From: a virus
Taxonomy: Duplodnaviria; Caudoviricetes
DNA length: 64,000 nt
IMG/VR virus record: IMGVR_UViG_3300021431_000076
Span: 128,001 to 192,000 of that record
Reading direction: 5' to 3' (one strand)
The notes beneath the pieces were generated by a model. The model worked only from the letters and a program-made list of their open reading frames with translations, did not search any database and was not told the origin of the DNA. The translations under genes and the position numbers were made by a program. This document shows positions 20,374 through 28,634 of the stretch, piece after piece. The first letter of the stretch is position 1. The number at the start of each line of letters is the position of its first letter.

Positions 20374-21597
20374 TTATTCATAAATGGTTGCATGATGAGA
20401 TGCTATCTGTCTTTTAAGTTTTTCAGAATCGTACCATGCAATCATTTTAGCCCACGCGAGATCATTAAAGAAGATATCCAAACCATCCTTTTTAAGAAAA
20501 TCGGCATCATTTCCAATAGCAGTAGTGATTCCTTCACATATAGAAAGTAAGTATGGAACAAATGTAAAGAAAAGAACTGTTCTAATAAGAAATGAAGGTT
20601 GATTAGAATATTGCTTATGGAATGAAAATATTCCAGTAATTGGAAATAGTGCCAATCCTATATATGTTTTTCTTGATTTATGTACAGCATTTTTTTGTTC
20701 TGCAGTAGCAATATGATTATACCAAAATTCAGCATATTCTTCCTGTATCTGTCTTATCTGTTCCATAGGAACTCTATTACTAAATGCTTCACTTAAATCT
20801 TTGCAATATTCTTTCAAAACTCTTTCCACTTCCCTATTTTTTGGTTTGCCATATAAAGGATGCGATGTATCCGTATAGTAGTAATCACTATTATCAGTAA
20901 TCTCTGCCACTTGATTTTTTGTAACTGTAGTATTTTCTTCTTCAGAAGATAAATCTATTTCATCCATCCTTTCCTCTATATCTTCATAAATCTTTTGAAC
21001 TTTTTCTCTTTTCTCATTAGAATTACTAGTATCAACTTCCTTTATTTCTCCAACCTCAATACCCTGCTGTTGCATATCTTCCATCAACACAGCCAATTCT
21101 GCATTGATATCAATATGATCAGTATCTGTAATCTTCTTATATTCATTATTAAATACATCTACAAAACTTATCAATACATTTCTTATATTAGATTTAGTAT
21201 TAATAAAGTCAGTATCAATAACTACAGATGCAGCTTCATTCATAGAACTAAATTTACGAGAAAGCATAACTGCTTTATCTTGATAATGTTCTATAAACTT
21301 CCTAGCAGTAAAGATTTTTTCTGGATTCTTCTGAATATGCTTAATGATTGTAAAAGAAATCTCAGCCAATTTGAATAAAGCAGTTGCTAATTCTTTATCA
21401 TTACCAGTCTTATCTATATTACCACTAGATAACCTTAAAGTATTTTGGTCTTTCACTGCTTTAGAAAGTAATTCTTTTTGAAACTTTTCCATTTCATCTT
21501 GAGTATAAGATTCCCCATCAAGTAGTTCCATATTTGACCCTCCTCTTGTTATTTCTTTGCCGTTTATGAATATTCTACACGAAAACATATTATACAC
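20374..21597 (-). CDS. XpaC-like protein with C-terminal TM2-like membrane domain
   Basis: I..NPEK...ARKF...Y segment typical of XpaC; upstream of telA as in bacteria; KSRKTYIGLALF..G.FSFHK.Y near the C-terminus. Confidence 0.65.
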   Translation of the reverse strand: MYNMFSCRIFINGKEITRGGSNMELLDGESYTQDEMEKFQKELLSKAVKDQNTLRLSSGNIDKTGNDKELATALFKLAEISFTIIKHIQKNPEKIFTARKFIEHYQDKAVMLSRKFSSMNEAASVVIDTDFINTKSNIRNVLISFVDVFNNEYKKITDTDHIDINAELAVLMEDMQQQGIEVGEIKEVDTSNSNEKREKVQKIYEDIEERMDEIDLSSEEENTTVTKNQVAEITDNSDYYYTDTSHPLYGKPKNREVERVLKEYCKDLSEAFSNRVPMEQIRQIQEEYAEFWYNHIATAEQKNAVHKSRKTYIGLALFPITGIFSFHKQYSNQPSFLIRTVLFFTFVPYLLSICEGITTAIGNDADFLKKDGLDIFFNDLAWAKMIAWYDSEKLKRQIASHHATIYE

Positions 21598-21615
21598 CTC
21601 CTTTTTAAAATTACG

Positions 21616-21718
21616 AAAGAGAAAGAGAGTGGAAATACTCCACTCTCTGTATCAAATATTGGAGATGCACACACTTTATTATATAAGTATGTGCAATATT
21701 TGCTTTTAACTCCTTCAA
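21616..21718 (-). promoter_or_regulatory. structured leader / attenuator-like RNA upstream of xpaC-telA
   Basis: Promoter at 21723-21730; nested stems CAAATATT/AATATTTG and GCACATACTT/AAGTGTGTGC; terminator-like AGAGAGTGGA/TCCACTCTCT before the SD. Confidence 0.5.
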
Positions 21719-21775
21719 TCCTATAATATATATTTAAACAAAAATTTAATAGGAAGGGATTTCTCCCTTCCTATG

Positions 21776-22540
21776 TTATTCGTTTGTATTAAAGAACATC
21801 TTGATTCCCAATTTTAATTCTATAAGAGATAATACCATTATAGTTAGTAACTTCAATATATGGATTCCCATATAGATAAAATCATTACTATCTTCATCTT
21901 TTATAGCTGTATCTAGAAGATAGTTTGGATTAGACATATTACCATCACTATCAATCTTTATATATTTAAACTTAAGCATATCTGCTGTCTTAGCATGAAA
22001 CTCATCTTCACAATCATATATTGTTTGTGTAAGTTCACAAGTACCATCTAATAAATTTACATTAGCTTTAGTAATAGTATACTTATTTTCAAAGTTGTTA
22101 AATGTTTCTGCAGATCTGCATATAACATTAAACCAATCCATTACTACCATATCATCAGTACTATCTTCATCTAAGTTAGATTGAATAGTGAATTCATTAT
22201 TTGGAAATACAGTTTTGATGATATCATTCATATCTTTCTCTGCTGTAGCTGCATATGTAAGTAAAAATTCAATATAACTAAGAAATATTGGTATGATTCT
22301 ATTTGGATACTTCTCAATAGTCTTAATATACTTTGTCATACTATTTTCAGCAAACTTAATTATTCTAGGATACTTCCATTCAATGAAATACCATAGTTTA
22401 ATCTTATTAATAATCTTACTAAACCAAGAAGTTTGAGTATTCATTGCAATACCAAGATTAGATAAAGAATTTAGAAACTTCATATACATAGTAAACAGCC
22501 TCATTAGTCTTCCATCGTCATTTTGATTGTTCCAAAACAT
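21776..22540 (-). CDS. hypothetical protein
   Basis: Likely start MFWNN behind GAAGGTGA (the track extends to 22609). Confidence 0.7.
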   Translation of the reverse strand: MFWNNQNDDGRLMRLFTMYMKFLNSLSNLGIAMNTQTSWFSKIINKIKLWYFIEWKYPRIIKFAENSMTKYIKTIEKYPNRIIPIFLSYIEFLLTYAATAEKDMNDIIKTVFPNNEFTIQSNLDEDSTDDMVVMDWFNVICRSAETFNNFENKYTITKANVNLLDGTCELTQTIYDCEDEFHAKTADMLKFKYIKIDSDGNMSNPNYLLDTAIKDEDSNDFIYMGIHILKLLTIMVLSLIELKLGIKMFFNTNE

Positions 22541-23234
22541 GTTTAAACTCACCTTCCAAATACTTGACGTGATAGTATGAATATAATAAAGACATAAAAG
22601 TTCTTTCACAAGTATCTATATACTTCTTATGTATAGGATTTGTAAAATCTAGAGTATATTCATTATAAGTAGGAGAAGTTTTAGATAATTGTAAGATTAC
22701 AGCTCCTCTAAGATTTAGTTTTTGTTCATCCCTTAAAACTTTATTGTATGCTGCTAATTGAAGGAAGTATTTATATGTAATATGATTAGATGTTTTAAAG
22801 TCTATCAACCATAGTTCTCCATTAATAGATACTAGTAAATCATAGGTACCACCATAATACTGGCAGATTAGTGGAACTTCTTGCCCTAATATCTGTACAG
22901 TCTGATTAGATATTAGATTATTCCACCAGCCAATAAATGCCATCATAGAAAAATAAGGAGCATCTTGCAAGACTCTATTTTCTTTTAGGAATATCTCTAT
23001 TCCATGATGTGTCTTACTACCGTAATCACAAGCTTCATTTAGTACATCTCTATATTTCTGATGCTTAAATCCTAGACTATTAGCCCATATAGTTATAGCA
23101 TCTGAATGAATCATATCAGATATGATAGATGTTACTCTAGGTACTTTATTTCCATTGAATGTATAGTCTGAAACTGATTCAGATAGTTTAAACTCTAAAT
23201 CATCTATGTCTTTAAAACTAAAATCATATTGCAT
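22518..23234 (-). CDS. PD-(D/E)XK nuclease superfamily protein
   Basis: VTSII, G...H, E..L, G..D, IDFKT and LQLAAY motifs; start MQYDF behind AAGGAGGG. Confidence 0.85.
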   Translation of the reverse strand: MQYDFSFKDIDDLEFKLSESVSDYTFNGNKVPRVTSIISDMIHSDAITIWANSLGFKHQKYRDVLNEACDYGSKTHHGIEIFLKENRVLQDAPYFSMMAFIGWWNNLISNQTVQILGQEVPLICQYYGGTYDLLVSINGELWLIDFKTSNHITYKYFLQLAAYNKVLRDEQKLNLRGAVILQLSKTSPTYNEYTLDFTNPIHKKYIDTCERTFMSLLYSYYHVKYLEGEFKHVLEQSK

Positions 23235-23315
23235 AATGTTGCCCTCCTTTATTCTGCTTATCTTGAAGTCTTCAATACAATAAAAAAACATAGGGATTTC
23301 TCCCTATGCTTTCAT

Positions 23316-23582
23316 TTAGAAATCAAGAATCTGATTGTCTGGATGAAGATCATTATATTTTCTGATACAATTAGATCTGGCTATCTTTAGTCTTTCTTCA
23401 TCAAACTGTAATGCATTATACACTCCAGCTTTGTAAAGTTGATAGTAGATCTGACTATAAGACATTCCACATAGGTTTGTCATATAGTTGAAAAACTTTC
23501 TCCATTTTCCATACATCTCTTCTTGCTTTGTCAATAAAATTCTTCCTCCTTTGTCTACTGACACTAGATTATCTAATCTCAT
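23316..23582 (-). CDS. small helical hypothetical protein, probably leaderless
   Basis: The ATG sits at the +1-region slot of the TATATTAT-N4-ATGAG motif; no SD. Confidence 0.7.
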   Translation of the reverse strand: MRLDNLVSVDKGGRILLTKQEEMYGKWRKFFNYMTNLCGMSYSQIYYQLYKAGVYNALQFDEERLKIARSNCIRKYNDLHPDNQILDF

Positions 23583-23597
23583 AAATATAATATATAT

Positions 23598-24461
23598 TTA
23601 TTTTTTATTTTTCCTTTTTAACTTATGAGCATTAACAACATCATCTACAACATCAAATAGTTCTGGATGGTCTATAAAATCATGAATATTTAAACCAAGA
23701 TACTTACATACATAATATTCCTTTACAGTTCCGTATGTTAAAGAATGCTTTTTTGCTATTTTATTCAATTCATCTTTAACTTTATTTAATGAATCTCTCA
23801 TCTTTACTTTTCTTAAAAATTCTTCTTGAGTATTAGAATCTTTATACAACCTTATTGCTTGGGTATAGTCAATACTTGTATTAAGTTGTGCGAAGTATTC
23901 ATTAAAAGTTTTAAACTTTTTCTCTTCTCCAAATTTAAAGTCAAAAGTGCATATACAACTAAATTTTAAATATATATTCTTTAAATAGTAATCTATTTTT
24001 TGTAAATCTTCTTCAGATGATGTTGGTAAAATCTTGATGTTGTTATGCCTTAAATATCGAGTTGTTGCTGAATATGCTTTTGAAAAATCTAAATTTAGAG
24101 ACTTACAACATTTTTTTACTCTAGATGAAATTATCCCTTTAAAACCAATGTTGTTTACTTTGCAATATGTATCCAAGTCAATCAAATCTTGTTTTGTTGC
24201 TTCCTTAGTATTAACACCTAAATTCTTATTTAATATACTTCGCATACTAATATATTCGATATTATATTTTGATGCTAAAAATTTTAATTGATTTTGTACA
24301 TATGACAGTTGATGTATTTCAGATAGTTTGACATCCATAGCATCTAAATTTCTATCTAATCTATAGAATAGAGTACGAATTGACTCAATTGTACTGTGTG
24401 GATACTTTTTTGTAAAGATATCTATTGCATTTTGCAATTCTTTGTTTCTTCTGGAATTCAT
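23598..24461 (-). CDS. basic hypothetical protein with repeated HTH-like segments
   Basis: Lys-rich; AAGGAG SD; promoter at 24512-24519. Confidence 0.75.
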   Translation of the reverse strand: MNSRRNKELQNAIDIFTKKYPHSTIESIRTLFYRLDRNLDAMDVKLSEIHQLSYVQNQLKFLASKYNIEYISMRSILNKNLGVNTKEATKQDLIDLDTYCKVNNIGFKGIISSRVKKCCKSLNLDFSKAYSATTRYLRHNNIKILPTSSEEDLQKIDYYLKNIYLKFSCICTFDFKFGEEKKFKTFNEYFAQLNTSIDYTQAIRLYKDSNTQEEFLRKVKMRDSLNKVKDELNKIAKKHSLTYGTVKEYYVCKYLGLNIHDFIDHPELFDVVDDVVNAHKLKRKNKK

Positions 24462-24578
24462 TTTATTAATACGCTCCTTTTTGTATTCTTTCTCATTATC
24501 CTTTCATATAAATAATATACATTTAAAAAATAATTTACTTTGAAAATAAAAACAAGAGGGAATTCCCTCTTGTTTTTA

Positions 24579-24878
24579 TTAATGACCATACTCATTCTCA
24601 AATGATTTTTTAGCATTGTTTATTATGATATCAGTACAATGCTTGGTATCAAACATACCATGTTCTTTAAGCTTTTTGTAACAATCATCATATGACAGAT
24701 TATATTGATCTACCATATCATCTACAAAGTCTTTTACATGAGCTTTGCACCGACGTTCTCTTAAAACATTCAACACCTTCTTCTCATCATATTCACAAGA
24801 TTCATACACCCTGTCAACATCTCTCATTCTGTATCCAAGTTCTGTTTCAATAGAGTAAATCTCATCTTTAATAGCCAT
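24579..24878 (-). CDS. hypothetical protein related to 23316..23582
   Basis: Shared M.....SY...Y..L...G.(F/Y) segment; own promoter and terminator. Confidence 0.75.
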   Translation of the reverse strand: MAIKDEIYSIETELGYRMRDVDRVYESCEYDEKKVLNVLRERRCKAHVKDFVDDMVDQYNLSYDDCYKKLKEHGMFDTKHCTDIIINNAKKSFENEYGH

Positions 24879-24994
24879 TTTAACTATTCCTCCTTCACTC
24901 TCTACTCAATAGAATAGTATATATCTAAAAAATTTTTTACTTTGCAAAATTCGAAAAGATAAGTATTAGAGCTTATGCTCTAATACTATATTTG

Positions 24995-25325
24995 TTAGTC
25001 AATTACCATAAAACTAGAAACAAATTTATCTCTTTCCAAATTTACTATTACAGTATTATCCAATGTAACTTGAATTCTAGACGAACGTGGATCGTTCCAC
25101 CAATACCACTGTTGATTAGGATTCAATCTTAATTCCATTACTGGAGTAATAATAGTAGAATTAATCATAGGTTGACACAATCCAGGATTGCTCATACTAT
25201 GACTTACTGCTACAGTATATCCATCTTTAACTACTTTAGTTATATTAGTAGGTGGAGGAATAAGACCTAAGTTAAAATTACTCCTACTCATACTACTAAT
25301 TGGTTGAACTCCAATCATAGTCATC
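24995..25325 (-). CDS. hypothetical protein
   Basis: AAGGAG SD near MTMIG; start position approximate. Confidence 0.6.
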
Positions 25326-25335
25326 ACTCCTTTGA

Positions 25336-25950
25336 TTAATCTTCCCAATATACAGAAATTAGTGCATCTTTCTTAGCCATGTAATAATTTATATTTTCTA
25401 TAACACAATCTTTCCATTCTGAATTGCATTTATCCCAATAATACACAGATAACCATTTTCTAAAATACTCTATTGCTTCATCTAAGTTATTAGTAACCAT
25501 TTCTTTTCTTGGATGATGCCAATAACTATTAATGAACTCTTCATGAAATGGAAACTTCTTAGTCCATAACACATTAAGTGGAACTATTTTAGATTCCTTG
25601 TATTTAGGTTTTACTATGGAGTCGTATGTTTTTCCAATATAATCTTTCTCAATTTTGTAGTACGGACAAATATAATTAGAATATACTCTCTTTCTCAGAT
25701 AATATGTATTGATAAAGGAATTATGTCCATGATAAAATTTACGTTTATCCAATGTTTTCCAAGAACTTATTTCCCAAATAGCTGAAAGGGATAAATCATC
25801 ATCATATTGGGTTCCATCCTTTTTATAGAACTTGTATTCTTTATTAGTATACGTTATCTTATTTCCAACTATATTCCCAATCAATTCATCTCTTGCAAAT
25901 TCTATTTCTAGTGGTTCAAACACTCTTAAGATTACATCACACCGCTCCAT
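25336..25950 (-). CDS. hypothetical protein
   Basis: GAGAGG SD; 204 aa, aromatic-rich. Confidence 0.75.
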   Translation of the reverse strand: MERCDVILRVFEPLEIEFARDELIGNIVGNKITYTNKEYKFYKKDGTQYDDDLSLSAIWEISSWKTLDKRKFYHGHNSFINTYYLRKRVYSNYICPYYKIEKDYIGKTYDSIVKPKYKESKIVPLNVLWTKKFPFHEEFINSYWHHPRKEMVTNNLDEAIEYFRKWLSVYYWDKCNSEWKDCVIENINYYMAKKDALISVYWED

Positions 25951-25966
25951 AGTAAATTACCTCTCT

Positions 25967-26260
25967 TTAAAATCCTAATTGATCTTTAATATATCTAAAA
26001 TCTCCCTCCAATTCTTTAGGTAATAGTCCTCTTTTGAATAATATATTAGATAGGTTATTGATTAATCTACCAGCATCTCTTCTTTTAAAGAAATTTCTCT
26101 GATCTGTATCTGCTGCTATTCCAATATCATATTTAAAATCATTAATAGCAGATACTAACCTTGACATTTCACTTGCATCTGCAGTATATACTTTTTTCAC
26201 CTCTTCTGTACCTGGAATTTTTACTTCTTTTAATACTTTCTTTACTTTAGATCTAGGCAT
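25967..26260 (-). CDS. hypothetical protein
   Basis: GAGGAG SD; promoter at 26295-26302. Confidence 0.75.
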   Translation of the reverse strand: MPRSKVKKVLKEVKIPGTEEVKKVYTADASEMSRLVSAINDFKYDIGIAADTDQRNFFKRRDAGRLINNLSNILFKRGLLPKELEGDFRYIKDQLGF

Positions 26261-26358
26261 TTACATTCTCCTCTCTTAATCTACCTACAATAAAATAGTA
26301 TATATCTATAAAAAATATTAAAAAAGAAACAGGATGTAGAGTCCTGTTTCTTTCCTGA

Positions 26359-26739
26359 TCATTTGAGAAATGCATATTTATAATCATTCTCAAATATCTT
26401 TTTTATCTCTTTCTTAAATACCTCCTGTTGGTATTCTGAAAAGGGTTTTGTTTTTACTGTTATTTCCACATCCTTTCTATCTCTTTTTGCTAAGATATAG
26501 AAAGAACTTTGTTCTTCTACGGATTCATGATGAGTAATATTTTCTAATGAAAATTCACCTCCTTCCTTTTCAAACAGATTTAGATCTTCTTTGAGAGCTT
26601 CCATGAACTCTCCGCAACATTGATAAACCATTTTGAAACCTTTATCGGTTTCTACTAAACAAGATCCGCTTTCAGTGAATACCCCTAAATATTCAGACAG
26701 TTCGGACATTGCTGCTTCTTTGGAAATGTTTTTCTTCAT
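26359..26739 (-). CDS. hypothetical early protein (structured-leader cassette B)
   Basis: TAAGGAGGT SD; own promoter and terminator. Confidence 0.8.
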   Translation of the reverse strand: MKKNISKEAAMSELSEYLGVFTESGSCLVETDKGFKMVYQCCGEFMEALKEDLNLFEKEGGEFSLENITHHESVEEQSSFYILAKRDRKDVEITVKTKPFSEYQQEVFKKEIKKIFENDYKYAFLK

Positions 26740-26804
26740 GATAAAGTTACCTCCTTATCAAATACATGAACTACATCTTCTCGTGTAGTTCTTTACTTTA
26801 TCAC
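26737..26804 (-). promoter_or_regulatory. structured 5' leader, copy B
   Basis: GTGATAAAGT pairs with ACTTTATCAT(G); inner stem GAACTACA/TGTAGTTC, loop CGAGAAGA. Confidence 0.7.
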
Positions 26805-26821
26805 AGTTATAATATGCAACT

Positions 26822-26942
26822 AAAAAAATAAAAAATGACATGATGCGGAAGAGATCTGTTTCTGACTTCAGATCTCTTGGTAATGTGTTAACTATCAATT
26901 TCCCCCAAAATTAATAATACTCCTTCATCCACATCACATCAC
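26822..26942 (-). ncRNA. candidate ~120-nt three-way-junction ncRNA
   Basis: Promoter at 26947-26954; 14-bp closing stem with G-U pairs; two inner hairpins; T-tract; no ORF. Confidence 0.6.
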
Positions 26943-27031
26943 TATTATAATATATAACTATAATTTGGTTTACTTTGCAGAATCAAAATACGCTTTTAGT
27001 GTATTTTTAAATTCATGCTATTCCCCTAAAT

Positions 27032-27208
27032 TTAATCTTTCTCTTTCTGGTCTAATATTGCTTTAATAGCAGACACATTATCTTCTATTGCATCTACCAG
27101 CATATCAACCACAAAGGTCTTTTTAGGATCTGGATTTGGACCCAACGCTTCCAAGATATTTCCCTTTAGCATCTCGAAGTTGTCTTCAATCTCATCCATA
27201 GGATTCAT
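27032..27208 (-). CDS. 58-aa hypothetical protein (not in ORF track)
   Basis: AAGGAG SD; MNPMDEIEDNFEMLKGNILEALG...EKD*. Confidence 0.75.
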   Translation of the reverse strand: MNPMDEIEDNFEMLKGNILEALGPNPDPKKTFVVDMLVDAIEDNVSAIKAILDQKEKD

Positions 27209-27209
27209 G

Positions 27210-27482
27210 TTATTTCAACTCCTTAAAATATTCCCTTAGTTTATCCCTGAATTTTTCTTCAGATTCACAAGATTTCCTAATGTTAGTTACCTCCTTCTTT
27301 ATAGAATTGAAATCTTCTTCAAACTTATTGATTCTAGGATGTAGTATCTTAATACTATTCATTACAGTATCAATAGTTTGAAGCATTCTCTCATTAGCTT
27401 CAGAGATCTTGATAATTGCATCTACCAGATCTTCTTTGCTTAATTTAAGAAGGGATTCTTTTGATATCACCATTTGTTTCAC
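27210..27482 (-). CDS. coiled-coil hypothetical protein
   Basis: GAAAGGAGG SD; promoter at 27528-27535. Confidence 0.75.
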   Translation of the reverse strand: MKQMVISKESLLKLSKEDLVDAIIKISEANERMLQTIDTVMNSIKILHPRINKFEEDFNSIKKEVTNIRKSCESEEKFRDKLREYFKELK

Positions 27483-27524
27483 CTCCTTTCAAAAGTATAC
27501 CTCTCTCACATACTCATACTCATA

Positions 27525-27564
27525 AAAATAGTATATAACTGAAAATTTGAACCCTCTTCAAAAA
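27525..27564 (-). repeat. ~37-bp extended promoter repeat (also ~9918-9954 and ~49849-49886)
   Basis: TTTTG(A/C)AGAGGGTT...AAATTT(T)CAGTTATATACTATT present three times. Confidence 0.8.
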
Positions 27565-27638
27565 TAGAGTGAAAGATACTAAGACGACATTTACATAAAT
27601 TGAGATCTAATTATTTCATAAGGGAGGAATATATACAG

Positions 27639-28619
27639 ATGAGCGACATCAAAACATATTCTGATACTTATTTATATCAGAAATATCCTATTTATACAAA
27701 GAAACTTACAGATGCTATTATGAGAGATCCTGTAATTGAAAAGAATGCAGATACATTCTCAGATGTAGAGTATGTAGTTAAGAAAGCAAGAATCTCTGAT
27801 TCTTTAGTAAACATTCTCAAATCTAGAAATGTTATACTGTTAGCATGTGAAGATCCTCTTCCTAGAGCATTTAAAGTATTTGCTGCTAGAGATATGAAAT
27901 CTAAAGATAGAGCACTTAGAATCTTCATAGACTGTACTGGTGTAATTACTAAGTCTAAAACTTCTATGGATTATACTGTAAATGAATCTAAGCTTTTATC
28001 ATATCTATTATCTGCTGGTGTTACTATGGCTTATCATAAAGATGCTAGTATGATTACTAGAAGAAGTGCACTAGTTACTGGTTCAACAGAAGCATTTGCT
28101 AAATGCTTTACTTTCATTATAGACTATCTAACTAAAGTATCTATTCAGGAATCTAGTAAAGTAAAGGTAATGTATCTATCTTCGATGTATTTCCTAATTG
28201 GTCAGTTAGGATTAGATGAATCTAGAGCACAACCTATTGCTAAGAAGATTGCTGGTATTTCTGAAAGGGAAGCTACTATGCTAGATATGCTTCTAGAGAA
28301 ATATAGTGTTCCTAAGGGTGGAAATACTAGAGATCATTCTCCATATGAGAATATCAAAGTCTTTGTATCTGCTCTTAGAGAAGTAATGCATTTCAATGCT
28401 AAAACTATTAGTGTAGATATTGTAGTAGAGAGATGGATGCATTCTTATGGTGTAGGAACAGTATTTGCATTAGAATATTTCCCAGCATTCTCTGCTATGA
28501 TGACTGATGCTTATATTGGTGGTTATCTAAACTCTCAGAAGACTATAGAAAAAGTTTGTGGATCTACTATGGTTCAATATTCTAAGGATGCAATAGACTT
28601 TGTAAGTAGTTTAGCATAA
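27639..28619 (+). CDS. hypothetical protein heading the structural operon
   Basis: Start MSDIK behind GGGAGG; GACA-N6-TAA at 27586-27598. Confidence 0.8.
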   Translation: MSDIKTYSDTYLYQKYPIYTKKLTDAIMRDPVIEKNADTFSDVEYVVKKARISDSLVNILKSRNVILLACEDPLPRAFKVFAARDMKSKDRALRIFIDCTGVITKSKTSMDYTVNESKLLSYLLSAGVTMAYHKDASMITRRSALVTGSTEAFAKCFTFIIDYLTKVSIQESSKVKVMYLSSMYFLIGQLGLDESRAQPIAKKIAGISEREATMLDMLLEKYSVPKGGNTRDHSPYENIKVFVSALREVMHFNAKTISVDIVVERWMHSYGVGTVFALEYFPAFSAMMTDAYIGGYLNSQKTIEKVCGSTMVQYSKDAIDFVSSLA

Positions 28620-28634
28620 GAAAGTAGTGATAAG

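Noticed and set aside
22518-23234. Cas4 or CRISPR-associated nuclease
   Set aside because: The PD-(D/E)XK core is present but the C-terminal CxxC...C Fe-S ligands are not.
24901-24950. Host sigma-A promoters (TTGCAA...TATACT)
   Set aside because: Spacing is about 20-22 nt rather than 16-18, so a phage RNAP motif fits better.
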